This document shows, in pieces, positions 28,485-37,635 of a stretch of DNA of 64,000 bases. How positions within the stretch are numbered: the first letter of the stretch is position 1; every line of letters begins with the position of its first letter. The translations under genes and the position numbers were made by a program. This stretch comes from Fidelibacterota bacterium (lineage in GTDB: Bacteria; Fidelibacterota; Marinisomatia; SCGC-AAA003-L08; JACNLC01): NCBI GenBank assembly GCA_014381725.1, contig JACNLC010000061.1, positions 2-64,001 of the forward strand, given 5' to 3'. The notes under the pieces were generated by a model, which saw only the letters and a list, made by a program, of their open reading frames with translations, was not told where the DNA came from and searched no databases.

Positions 28485-29861
28485 TTATTGAATCTTGTAT
28501 TTTTTGATATAATGATTAAGCGAAGTTCGTGGTATTCCCAAGATTCTAGCAGCTTGGCTTCTGTTATTTTCAGAAGATACTAGGGCCTGCTCGATAACTT
28601 GTTTTTGAGTTTCGTGTAAGATATTCAATTTATCATCTGGATTAATTTTCACATTAAACAAATAAGAATTATCATTTGGTGGAGTAAGTTCCATATCTTG
28701 TCGCAAAATATCAGGTAATTTAAGTTCTTTTCCCTTTACCAATAACATAGCTCGTTCAATATAATTTCGTAACTCTCTTATATTGCCGTTCCACGAGTAA
28801 GTCAGCAAAAATGTTTCTGCGTCTTTGTCAATTTTATTTACAGATTTATTGAATATTTGATTAAACTCATCAATATAATATTTAGATAACAACAATATAT
28901 CTTCATGTCGGTTTTTTAGTGGAGGTAAAGCAATATGAGCAACATTCAACCTATAGTATAAATCAGAACGAAATTCTCTATTATTTACTTTTTCAATTAA
29001 ATCAGCATTAGTTGCTGCAACAAACCTTACATCAACCTTTTTAGGCTTAACTCCGCCAACTCTGTAAATCTGATTACTTTCCAAAAAATGCAAAAGTTTG
29101 GATTGTAAGTCTAGATTGAGATCACTTATTTCATCTAAGAGTAATGTTCCGTTATTTGCTAATTCGATTAATCCTTGTTTCCCAGATTGACTAGCACCAG
29201 TAAAAGCACCTTTCTCGTATCCAAATAGTTCACTTTCTAACAAATCTCTGGGAATTGCTGCACAATTTATTGATATGAAAGGACCATCAAATCTCGGGCT
29301 GGAAAAGTGTATATATTTTGCCAAATAACTTTTTCCTGTTCCTGTATCTCCTGTTAATAGAATGGTAGCGTCCGTATTTGCGTATTCTTTTGAAAGTTCA
29401 ACTACTTGTTTCATAAGAGAAGATTCTGCAACAATATTGGGTAAAGAAGCATCTTTACTACATTTTAACTTGAGTTCATTTACTTCTTTTTTTAGACGGA
29501 GCGTATCTAAAGCCCGTTGCACAGTGTATTTAATAAATTCAGAATTTTCTTCCTTTTGAATAAAATCGTATGCACCGTTTTTCATTGCTTCCACAGCCAA
29601 ATCAATTGTTCCATAAGCAGTTAAAATGATAAATGATGAGTTTGGATATTTCTCGTTAAATTCCTTCAAAACCGTAAGTCCGTCAGTTTCACCAAGTTGG
29701 TAATCTAGAAGAACTAAGTCAATTTCATTATTATCCATAACTTTCCGTGCTTCACAAATAGTTATTGCGGTATGAATAACTTTATCAGAATCTGCTAAAA
29801 CTCGTTTTATAGAATTACAAACAAGTTGTTCATCATCAAAAATTAATATGTTAAATTTCAT
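28485..29861 (-). CDS. Sigma-54-dependent response regulator (NtrC family)
   Basis: REC domain (DLVLLDYQL), AAA+ sigma-54 activator domain (GDTGTGKS, ESELFGYEKGAFTGA, GTLLLDEI) and a C-terminal Fis-type HTH (NRSQAARILGIPRTSL). Confidence 0.92.
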   Translation of the reverse strand: MKFNILIFDDEQLVCNSIKRVLADSDKVIHTAITICEARKVMDNNEIDLVLLDYQLGETDGLTVLKEFNEKYPNSSFIILTAYGTIDLAVEAMKNGAYDFIQKEENSEFIKYTVQRALDTLRLKKEVNELKLKCSKDASLPNIVAESSLMKQVVELSKEYANTDATILLTGDTGTGKSYLAKYIHFSSPRFDGPFISINCAAIPRDLLESELFGYEKGAFTGASQSGKQGLIELANNGTLLLDEISDLNLDLQSKLLHFLESNQIYRVGGVKPKKVDVRFVAATNADLIEKVNNREFRSDLYYRLNVAHIALPPLKNRHEDILLLSKYYIDEFNQIFNKSVNKIDKDAETFLLTYSWNGNIRELRNYIERAMLLVKGKELKLPDILRQDMELTPPNDNSYLFNVKINPDDKLNILHETQKQVIEQALVSSENNRSQAARILGIPRTSLNHYIKKYKIQ

Positions 29862-31759
29862 TTAATTAACCCCTGTTTATGTGGTAGAAAAATAAAGAAA
29901 GTTGTACCAAAGTCTTTTTCACTTTCTACATAATATTTAGCATTGTGTTGTTCCAAAATTCTCTGAACAATTGCAAGTCCTAGACCAGTACCATTGGTAA
30001 AAGTTGAGTAAAACGGATCATAAATTCTATCTAATTCCTCTGTTTCAATACCTATTCCTGTGTCCTGAATTGAAATTTTAATATGGTTTTTCATTAATTT
30101 GGATTCAATTGTAAGAGTTCCAGCATTTCCCATAGCATTCATTGCATTCATCATCAAATTTAAAAATACTTGTTCAAGCTGATGAGAATCTGCTTCAATT
30201 TGTGATATTTCATCGTGGAATTTTGTATCAATCCGAATTGATGATTTTTCATACTGTTTTTTGACTAGACTCAAACTTTTCTTGATTGATTCACGAATGT
30301 CTATAGATTTAAACTCAGGTTTATGTGGTTTTGAATAATCTAAAATAGTAGTAACAATTTTATGAATTCTTGTTACACTATCTTGTAATTCTGGGTAAAT
30401 TTCATCAAACTCGTCTGAATTTAAATTTTTATTCAGATAATCGAGATTGTTGTTCAGAGCAAAAAGTGGATTTCTAATTTCGTGAGCAATTCCGGAGGAT
30501 AATTGTCCCAAAGCGAACATCTTTTCAGTTTGGATTGCATATTTCTCGATTTGTTTTCTCTCGCTTATATCACGAATATAGATGAAAGTCAAATTCTCAG
30601 CTTCACCAAGAGATAACCCTTTGATTTTATAAATTTCGACATGTTTTTCAGTTGATTCTTTAGTAAGTAAAATAGCTTCAAAATGCTCTGAATCAGAGTT
30701 TGAAATATCTGAAATATGGTGGATTTTTTCTATATCAATTAAATCTGAAAAGTTACAGTTATGTAAATCTGATTCATTATAACCAGTTAGGTAAGACAAT
30801 TTTGGATTACTCTCAATAATTGTTCCATTTTGGAGTGTAATTGCAACAGCTTCGAGAGATTTCTCAATCAAGCTATGATATTTTTTCTCTGAATCCTTCA
30901 GCTTTTTAGTAAATGTGTTAATTCTTGAACTCATATCGTTTAATGTACGAGCTAAACTACCAATTTCATCATTTGAGCTTATTGGTAATTTCAAATGATA
31001 ATTATCATCCTTGAGAGCTTGAGCTGAATCTTCGATTTGTCGCAAAGGATGAATTACACTTTTACGGATTGCGATAAAAATCAAAACTCCTAATAGTCCA
31101 ATTGATAAACCACCTAAGCCGATAAGGAAAAGCACATTTGACGATCGAGCATTAAGGTAGGAATTTATTGAAAGTAAAATACTGATACCCCCGCGGATAT
31201 CTCCAACTTCATAACCCTGATAAGCGTGACAGCTCAAACAGGATTGCTGAGTATAAAGAGGAGTGAAATACCGGAAGTAATGTCTCCCGGAAATCTCCTC
31301 AATCTGAAAATATTCTCTATCGTCGGTCAAGAGTGAATCGCTATAAAAATTGAGGGCTGCTTGCTCAAAATGATCAGGTTTATTTTCCGGGTTAATATAT
31401 TTCTCACTCGCCATGTGATATGAAAAATCTCCATCGAGTTTATCGCTCAGTTCACTGAGTTCTCTTGTAACAAGTGCAGGATTTTTCAATAAAAGAGTAT
31501 CTCCACTCGAAGTAATCAATTCAGGATGAGGTAGAAATATGCTTGGTTCCATACCAGGTTTTTTCTTGACGAGAACTCCGTCGTGGTCAGATATCCATTT
31601 CCTTGTTATCAATACATTTTCTTTAATTGCACGAGCAGTAGTGAGAATACTCTCTTCACTTTGTCTGTTTACTCGCAAAATGAGTAGTGAGAAAATAACT
31701 GAAATAATACTTGTAACAAGTAACCCAACAATTAAAATAATTTTTGTAGTTAATCGCAT
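29858..31759 (-). CDS. Sensor histidine kinase with a periplasmic DUF3365/Tll0287-like haem-c sensor domain, HAMP, PAS, HisKA and HATPase
   Basis: Between two TM helices: ...LKNPALVTRE...INPENKPDHFEQAAL...YFRYFTPLYTQQSCLSCHAYQGYEVGDIRGGISI (one CxxCH). This is followed by HAMP, PAS, an H-box (SGIAHEIRNPL) and N/G boxes (NLMMNA, DTGIGI, GTGLGL). Confidence 0.88.
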   Translation of the reverse strand: MRLTTKIILIVGLLVTSIISVIFSLLILRVNRQSEESILTTARAIKENVLITRKWISDHDGVLVKKKPGMEPSIFLPHPELITSSGDTLLLKNPALVTRELSELSDKLDGDFSYHMASEKYINPENKPDHFEQAALNFYSDSLLTDDREYFQIEEISGRHYFRYFTPLYTQQSCLSCHAYQGYEVGDIRGGISILLSINSYLNARSSNVLFLIGLGGLSIGLLGVLIFIAIRKSVIHPLRQIEDSAQALKDDNYHLKLPISSNDEIGSLARTLNDMSSRINTFTKKLKDSEKKYHSLIEKSLEAVAITLQNGTIIESNPKLSYLTGYNESDLHNCNFSDLIDIEKIHHISDISNSDSEHFEAILLTKESTEKHVEIYKIKGLSLGEAENLTFIYIRDISERKQIEKYAIQTEKMFALGQLSSGIAHEIRNPLFALNNNLDYLNKNLNSDEFDEIYPELQDSVTRIHKIVTTILDYSKPHKPEFKSIDIRESIKKSLSLVKKQYEKSSIRIDTKFHDEISQIEADSHQLEQVFLNLMMNAMNAMGNAGTLTIESKLMKNHIKISIQDTGIGIETEELDRIYDPFYSTFTNGTGLGLAIVQRILEQHNAKYYVESEKDFGTTFFIFLPHKQGLIK

Positions 31760-31887
31760 AAATTTAATATCATAGAATCATCTTTAATGTGAAATTAGAA
31801 ATCTGAAATTGTCCGAACCAATTGAAAATATTCCGTGATTCAACCAAACAAAATTACAGCAAAATTTAATTACAAACCAATGAGAAT

Positions 31888-31924
31888 CTGACCGTATATC
31901 GTCATCTGTTTTGTATATGGTCAG
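31888..31924. promoter_or_regulatory. Inverted repeat in the divergent control region
   Basis: CTGACCGTATA-N15-TATATGGTCAG, with 10 of 11 positions complementary. Confidence 0.3.
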
Positions 31925-31928
31925 TGTA

Positions 31929-31945
31929 TTGTGATAATATCACAA
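31929..31945. promoter_or_regulatory. Perfect palindrome, candidate upstream activator site for the sigma-54 activator
   Basis: TTGTGATA-A-TATCACAA (8-bp arms). Its right edge (31945) lies 55 nt upstream of the -24/-12 element. Confidence 0.4.
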
Positions 31946-32000
31946 AGCTAATAATTGTAACTATATGATATAACACGGGTTAGTAAGAATTGAAACAGTT

Positions 32001-32016
32001 TGGCAGGATATTTGCT
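32001..32016 (+). promoter_or_regulatory. Sigma-54 (-24/-12) promoter
   Basis: TGGCAG-GATAT-TTGCT matches TGGCAC-N5-TTGCW. It is 70 nt upstream of the porin ATG and divergent from an NtrC-type activator gene. Confidence 0.7.
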
Positions 32017-32085
32017 AATGAATATTGTGTAAAAAGCATCTTGTATGTTTTTTAAACTGTAAATAAAAAAGGAGAATAAACAGTT

Positions 32086-33441
32086 ATGATAAAGCGATTA
32101 ATAGTTATTGGAATATCAGCTTTGTTTATCAGTGGTGCTGTTGCCACAGATTTCAAAGTTGGTGGTGTTTACACAGCTTGGGCACAAAATCAAGTTGGTT
32201 TTACTTTTGACCAAGAAACTTACGATATGAATTATGTTGTTCAAATGCTAAGATTCAAAGTTCAAGGTATTGCAAACGAAAACTTGAAATTTGTAACTAG
32301 GTTTGATATGGCTCAAGGTTGGTGGGGCGTTGATAATATGCTCCGTGGCGTAGAGCGTTGGGAGAAAACAGGCGCAAGTAGTTTGTTTGACTTCAAAGAT
32401 ACAAACTATCTAATGCATATTGACCAAGCGTATGTTGATTTTAACTGGGATATTTACCACCCTTTAAATGTTAAAATTGGTCGTCAATGGTTTGGTTTGG
32501 GTAACAAACTAATGGTTGATAACAATTATGATGGTATTCAACTTAATGCTAAAGGTCTAACTCTCGGTTGGGCAAAGGTCTCCGAAGGAGCTGATAACAC
32601 AACGGATGTTGGTGCTCACAATGGTGATTCTGATTTATATTTAGGAAGTTATAAAAAGGCATTTGGTAATTTGGAATTGAATGCTTTTGGTTTTTATTAT
32701 AATGAAGCAATTACCCCTGACGATACAACAGCATATATTTTGGACGATTTGCAATTCTTCCGCAATAAGGATGCGGCTACTGTTACGCAACTGATGGCTG
32801 GTGGACTTGCTGGAAATTACAAAAAAGGTGCATTGACTGCTGATTTTGAATTTGATTATTTGATGGGCACAGACGGCATCAATGATTTGGATTTGACGGG
32901 TTTCAATTTGTACACTAAGGTAGGATATGCTGTAAGTGACAAACTAAAATTCGGTAGTATTTTTGGAATGGGTTCTGGCGATGATGCAAGTTCAGATGGC
33001 TTCACCAATGTGAATAAACTCCGAACCTCGGGTTTCTTCTATATGACAGAAATTTGGGAAGATTCCATTATGCCTGACGAAGAAGGAATTACACCACAAG
33101 GTCTGGGTGCGCCGAAAGTAAAAGCATATCGTGAACTTGAAAATACAACTATTTTTCAAGGAAATGTGGACTACAAAATCAGTGGTAACACATCATTATT
33201 TTTGAGCGGTAGTTACATTCAAGCAACAAGTGAAATCAAATCTGATACTGGTGAAGGTTCTCAAGATCTTGGAATGGAAGTGGACTTCCGCTTGAAACAT
33301 AACATCCAAAAGAATTTGTTTTTGATGCTTCGCGGTGGATATTTTATTCCGGGTGATGCAGCAGCCTATCTAGTGAATGGTCATAATGATTCATTAGATC
33401 CTGCTTATGAACTTAAAGGTATGGTTGTTTATAAATTCTAA
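32086..33441 (+). CDS. Outer-membrane beta-barrel porin-like protein
   Basis: Signal peptide (LIVIGISALFISGAVA), alternating beta-strand pattern, and a C-terminal aromatic residue (..GMVVYKF). Confidence 0.7.
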   Translation: MIKRLIVIGISALFISGAVATDFKVGGVYTAWAQNQVGFTFDQETYDMNYVVQMLRFKVQGIANENLKFVTRFDMAQGWWGVDNMLRGVERWEKTGASSLFDFKDTNYLMHIDQAYVDFNWDIYHPLNVKIGRQWFGLGNKLMVDNNYDGIQLNAKGLTLGWAKVSEGADNTTDVGAHNGDSDLYLGSYKKAFGNLELNAFGFYYNEAITPDDTTAYILDDLQFFRNKDAATVTQLMAGGLAGNYKKGALTADFEFDYLMGTDGINDLDLTGFNLYTKVGYAVSDKLKFGSIFGMGSGDDASSDGFTNVNKLRTSGFFYMTEIWEDSIMPDEEGITPQGLGAPKVKAYRELENTTIFQGNVDYKISGNTSLFLSGSYIQATSEIKSDTGEGSQDLGMEVDFRLKHNIQKNLFLMLRGGYFIPGDAAAYLVNGHNDSLDPAYELKGMVVYKF

Positions 33442-33453
33442 TTAGTTAATCGG

Positions 33454-33475
33454 TGGGGTGGCGTTCGTCACCCCA
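33454..33475 (+). other. Intercistronic hairpin between the porin and cytochrome genes (possible attenuator or mRNA stabiliser)
   Basis: TGGGGTG-N8-CACCCCA followed by TCATTTATT. Confidence 0.3.
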
Positions 33476-33497
33476 TCATTTATTAGAGGAACTTACA

Positions 33498-33881
33498 ATG
33501 AAATATTTTAAAAGTGGTTTAATCGGTAGTGTTTTAGCGTTGAGTTTAGTAGTATTTCTTATTTCTTGTGTTCAAACAGAATCACCCTCACTAGATTTAT
33601 CAAACAGAACTATACACCAAGAAGTTGATTTCGATATCAGCTGTATGGAATGCCACGAAGAAGTTACACCAGAAATCGTTGAGAATTGGGTAGAAAGTGG
33701 TCACGGAATATTGAATTATGGTTGTTATATTTGCCACGGAGATGGTTCAGTTGAATTTAATGTATTACCAAAAACAGATAATTGTATAGCATGCCATTCA
33801 TCAAGTGAAGGACATTTAATGCGAATGGAATATGAGGGCTGTTTTGATTGCCACGATGGACACACGCTAAGTGCACATTAA
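33498..33881 (+). CDS. Small tetrahaem c-type cytochrome lipoprotein (NapM-like by context)
   Basis: Four CxxCH motifs (CMECH, CYICH, CIACH, CFDCH) in about 100 aa, with a signal peptide and lipobox (FLISC). The ATG at 33498 is preceded by AGAGGA. Confidence 0.8.
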   Translation: MKYFKSGLIGSVLALSLVVFLISCVQTESPSLDLSNRTIHQEVDFDISCMECHEEVTPEIVENWVESGHGILNYGCYICHGDGSVEFNVLPKTDNCIACHSSSEGHLMRMEYEGCFDCHDGHTLSAH

Positions 33882-33912
33882 AAAATAATCAGTTTATAAA
33901 GAGGAGACAAAA

Positions 33913-36198
33913 ATGAAGAAAATATCAAGAAAAGAATTTATTAAAACATCAGCTGCAGTTTCTGCAGCCGCAGGTATAGGTGTTTCTCTATTTCCAGGAA
34001 TGACCTATGCAAAAAATTCCAGTAGTATGAATTGGCATAAATCAGTTTGTCGTTATTGTGGTGTAGGTTGTGGTGTAATGGTTGGTGAAAAAGATGGTAA
34101 AGTTGTAGCTGTGAAAGGTGATGAGTTGAACCCAATTAACAAAGGTCATCTTTGCGTGAAGTCACTTTATCTACCAAAAGCGATTAATTCCAAAACTCGT
34201 TTAGCTCATCCAATGATTCGCAAAAATGGTAAATTGGAGAAAGCATCTTGGGAAGAAGCATTGGATTTAGTTGCAAAGAAATTCAATCAAATACGTAAAG
34301 CTCACGGAGGAAATGCGTTAGCATTTTATGGTTCTGGTCAGGCAGAAACTGAAGAAACCTATATGGCTAACAAACTTTTCAAAGGTTGTATTGGTACCAA
34401 TAATGTAGAAGGAAATCCACGACTTTGCATGGCAAGTGCTGTAGGTGGTTATCTCACAAGTTTGGGTGCTGATGAGCCAGCGGGTCTTTACGAAGATATA
34501 GAAAAATCGGAAATGTTTTTACTTGTCGGTTCGAATACTGCTGAAGCACATCCGATTGTTTTTGAACGAATTATGCGTCATAAAAACAAAAATCCCAATG
34601 TGAAAATCGTAGTGATTGATCCAAGAAAAACTCCGACAGACCAAGTTGGAGATTTACATCTATTTCCGAATCCTGGTTTTGATCTAGCAATTTTCAATGC
34701 AATGGCTTTTGTTTTAATTAATGAGGGTTACGCAGATAAATCATTTGTTGAGAAACACACATTTATCAAGGATAATAAAAAGAACATTCACACATTTGAG
34801 GATTATAAAAAATTCCTCGAAGATTTTACTCCTGAAAAAGCGGAGAAAATTAGTGGAGTTCCTGCACAACAAATCATCAAAGCTGCAAGAATGTTTGGAA
34901 AAGCCAAGACTTCTATGTCGCTTTGGACAATGGGTTTGAATCAACGAATTGGTGGAGTTTGGGCAAATAATCTAATCCATAACTTACATTTGTTAACCGG
35001 CAAGATTGGTGTACCGGGCAGTGATTCCTTTTCATTAACTGGTCAGCCCAATGCCTGCGGAGGTGTTCGTGAAGGTGGTGGATTATGTCATCTATTACCG
35101 GGGCATCATTTAGTTGTTAAAGAAGCTCATCGTAAAAAGGTTGCAAAAGTTTGGGGAGTACCAGCGAGCAACATTCAACCGAAACCTGGTAAACATACTA
35201 TTGCGATGTTTTCTGCACTAAATGCGGGTGAAATCAAAGGTATCTACATTATGTGTACAAATCCTGCACATTCATTACCTAATTCCCGTAAATATTGGAA
35301 AGGTTTGAAAGAACAGTTTGTAGTTGTTGCAGAATCATTTTTCCCAACAATGACAACTGAATATGCCGATGTTGTGCTTCCAGCCGCATTTTGGACGGAA
35401 AAAGAAGGTGTTTACGGGTGTACAGAACGACGCTCTCAGTATATGCCTAAAGTGGTTGAACCACAAGGTGAAGCTATTTGGGATGCCTTTATACTTCGTG
35501 ATTTAGCAAAGAAAATGGGGTTTGATAAAGAATTTGCTAAATACGAAACTGCTGAAATTATGTGGGACGAATACCGAGGACTTACTGCAGGTAAAGATAT
35601 GAACTTAATGGGTGCACCATACAGTCGTTTGAAGAAAGTTCGTGGATTAACTTGGCCTGTGCCAACGGAAGACCATCCAGGAACTTACAAACGATTTACT
35701 GATGGTGACCCGATTTATGATTCTAAATGGTCAAGTAAAGCGAAGAGTGATGGACGAAGAATGTGGTTTTACGGTCCTAAAGCGAAAGATGGAAAAGCGA
35801 CTATCTGGATGAGACCACATAAAGACCCTGCTGAAGTACCAAGCAAGGAATATCCTTATGCTTTGACCACAGGTCGTGTATTGGAACATTGGCATACATT
35901 AACGATGACAGGAACTTCTCCACAACTAAATCGTGCAGTGCCAAAAGCGTATGTGGAAATTCATCCAAGCGATGCCAAAAAAGAAGGCATCAAAAATAAA
36001 GAAATGGTTTTGGTTGAATCTCCACGAGGTAAACTTGAAATTGAAGCTAGAGTCATTGACAGACCAATTCCAGGAACGATATTTGTACCTTGGCATTGGC
36101 CAGAATCTCCGATTAATGTGCTTTGTAATGATGCGTTTGATCCTGGTTCAAAAGAACCTGAATACAAAGTTGCAGCTGCGAAGATAACCAAAGCTTAA
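33913..36198 (+). CDS. napA: Periplasmic nitrate reductase catalytic subunit, monomeric type (molybdopterin oxidoreductase)
   Basis: Tat-like signal (SRKEFIKTSAAVSAAAGIG..TYA), [4Fe-4S] motif CRYCGVGCGV...C, Mo-ligand region NPRLCMASAVGGY, GSNTAEAHPI, and a C-terminal DPGSKEPEYKVAAAKI. A NapD gene is adjacent. Confidence 0.85.
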   Translation: MKKISRKEFIKTSAAVSAAAGIGVSLFPGMTYAKNSSSMNWHKSVCRYCGVGCGVMVGEKDGKVVAVKGDELNPINKGHLCVKSLYLPKAINSKTRLAHPMIRKNGKLEKASWEEALDLVAKKFNQIRKAHGGNALAFYGSGQAETEETYMANKLFKGCIGTNNVEGNPRLCMASAVGGYLTSLGADEPAGLYEDIEKSEMFLLVGSNTAEAHPIVFERIMRHKNKNPNVKIVVIDPRKTPTDQVGDLHLFPNPGFDLAIFNAMAFVLINEGYADKSFVEKHTFIKDNKKNIHTFEDYKKFLEDFTPEKAEKISGVPAQQIIKAARMFGKAKTSMSLWTMGLNQRIGGVWANNLIHNLHLLTGKIGVPGSDSFSLTGQPNACGGVREGGGLCHLLPGHHLVVKEAHRKKVAKVWGVPASNIQPKPGKHTIAMFSALNAGEIKGIYIMCTNPAHSLPNSRKYWKGLKEQFVVVAESFFPTMTTEYADVVLPAAFWTEKEGVYGCTERRSQYMPKVVEPQGEAIWDAFILRDLAKKMGFDKEFAKYETAEIMWDEYRGLTAGKDMNLMGAPYSRLKKVRGLTWPVPTEDHPGTYKRFTDGDPIYDSKWSSKAKSDGRRMWFYGPKAKDGKATIWMRPHKDPAEVPSKEYPYALTTGRVLEHWHTLTMTGTSPQLNRAVPKAYVEIHPSDAKKEGIKNKEMVLVESPRGKLEIEARVIDRPIPGTIFVPWHWPESPINVLCNDAFDPGSKEPEYKVAAAKITKA

Positions 36199-36218
36199 TA
36201 TTATTTGTGTGATAATTG

Positions 36219-36258
36219 CGGGGTGTTTGTTTTTTCCTATTGTTTGTCAAACACCCTG
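36219..36258 (+). other. Stem-loop after napA
   Basis: GGGTGTTTG (36221-36229) pairs with CAAACACCC (36248-36256) around an 18-nt loop. There is no clear U-tract. Confidence 0.3.
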
Positions 36259-36287
36259 TAATTTTAATAATTAACCAAAGTTATTTT

Positions 36288-36857
36288 ATGGATAAAAAAA
36301 CTCACACTGCTCTTTCGCGTAAATCATTTTTTAAGGAATTTGTTCAACATTTTTCTGAAGAAATGAAATTAGATACAAGTCAATACAACGAGATGTTTCA
36401 ATCGGTTACATTACCTCCAGGAGCAAAATCTGTCGAAGATTATATCGAAAAGTGTAACAAATGTTACGATTGTGTCTCGGTTTGTCCACATTCATCAATA
36501 AGAGTAAGACACGATGAAAATGAAAAATTATCAGGATTTCCAATTATTGAACCTAGATTGGAAACTTGTCAATTTTGCGATGATAGATTATGTGTTGAAT
36601 CTTGTAAAACTGATGCGTTATCAAGTAGCTTTCAAGATAATATTGTTTCGGAATTGAATATTGATAAAGAAATTTGTCATTCTTTCAATGAGCGACTTTG
36701 TTATACTTGTGTTACAAACTGTCCAAAAACCGGAGAAGCAATCGCAATGAATAAAAAAGGAAATCCTGAAATCAATAATGAGCTTTGTAATGGATGTGGA
36801 ATATGTATTCAAGTATGTCCAGCAGAAGAATCTGCAATCAAAATTAAATCATATTAG
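36288..36857 (+). CDS. napF: NapF-like cytoplasmic 4x[4Fe-4S] ferredoxin
   Basis: Vestigial Tat-like motif SRKSFFKEF with no hydrophobic region, an LPPGA motif, and four Cys clusters (CNKCYDCVSVCP, CQFCDDRLCVESC, C..CYTCVTNCP, CNGCGICIQVCP). The ATG at 36288 is preferred over 36216. Confidence 0.65.
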   Translation: MDKKTHTALSRKSFFKEFVQHFSEEMKLDTSQYNEMFQSVTLPPGAKSVEDYIEKCNKCYDCVSVCPHSSIRVRHDENEKLSGFPIIEPRLETCQFCDDRLCVESCKTDALSSSFQDNIVSELNIDKEICHSFNERLCYTCVTNCPKTGEAIAMNKKGNPEINNELCNGCGICIQVCPAEESAIKIKSY

Positions 36858-36868
36858 GAGAAAGAATT

Positions 36869-37114
36869 ATGGCAATCACAGGAGTAGTGATATTAGTAGA
36901 ACCAAACAAGGCAGAAGAGATTTTATACGAAGTGAGTCATTTAGATGATGTAACAACTTATGGATTACATAAAGAAAATAATATTGTAGCAGTTATTGAA
37001 GGTGAAAATTCCAAAAACCTAGAAAATAAAATTAACCAAATAAAAGATAAAATAGATGGAATTCTAGGAATATTTCCTGCTTATGCAAATTATGAAGAAG
37101 AGATAGACGAGTAA
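36869..37114 (+). CDS. napD: NapD-like Tat proofreading chaperone
   Basis: 81 aa, with ITGVVILVEPNKAEEI...NIVAVIEGEN matching the NapD ferredoxin-like fold pattern. It sits within the nap cluster. Confidence 0.75.
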   Translation: MAITGVVILVEPNKAEEILYEVSHLDDVTTYGLHKENNIVAVIEGENSKNLENKINQIKDKIDGILGIFPAYANYEEEIDE

Positions 37115-37119
37115 ACTAA

Positions 37120-37635
37120 ATGCTTTTTGAATGGATAAATAGAATTTCAAAACTTCATAATCCACTTCGCCCGCCCGGCGCAGTAAAGGAACATGAATTT
37201 GTTGATACCTGTATTCGCTGTAGAAAATGTGAAGAAGTTTGTCCATATCAATCCATAAAAATGTTAAATGGAGTACACGGAACTAAGATGGGAACTCCGG
37301 TAATTATATCGAGAGAAACACCTTGCTATCTATGTGAAGATTTCCCTTGTGTTGATGTTTGTCCGAGTGACGCTCTTAGACAAGTAAAAACAAATAAAGA
37401 TGTGAAAATGGGAATCGCTAAAATCGATAAAGATACCTGTTTTGCTTTTAACGGAATTTTGTGCAGAGCTTGTTTTGAACGATGTCCCATTTATCGAGAA
37501 GGTATTGTTATGGAAAATCAACTCTATCCTAAAGTTCAAGAAGAATATTGTGTTGGTTGTGGAATTTGTGAAAATGTTTGTCCTACTGAAAATGGTTCAA
37601 TCTTTGTGGAAAGCAGACATCCGATAGTTGTATGA
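37120..37635 (+). CDS. napG: NapG/MauM-like 4x[4Fe-4S] ferredoxin lacking an N-terminal Tat signal
   Basis: LRPPGAVKEHEFVDTCIRCRKCEEVCP, then CYLCEDFPCVDVCP, C..CRACFERCP and CVGCGICENVCP. An in-frame stop 3 nt upstream of the ATG excludes a longer N-terminus. Confidence 0.7.
   Translation: MLFEWINRISKLHNPLRPPGAVKEHEFVDTCIRCRKCEEVCPYQSIKMLNGVHGTKMGTPVIISRETPCYLCEDFPCVDVCPSDALRQVKTNKDVKMGIAKIDKDTCFAFNGILCRACFERCPIYREGIVMENQLYPKVQEEYCVGCGICENVCPTENGSIFVESRHPIVV

Noticed and set aside
31931-31945. TGTGA...TCACA as a CRP-binding site.
   Set aside because: The half-site spacing is 5 nt rather than the canonical 6. The site is kept only as a generic dyad/UAS candidate.
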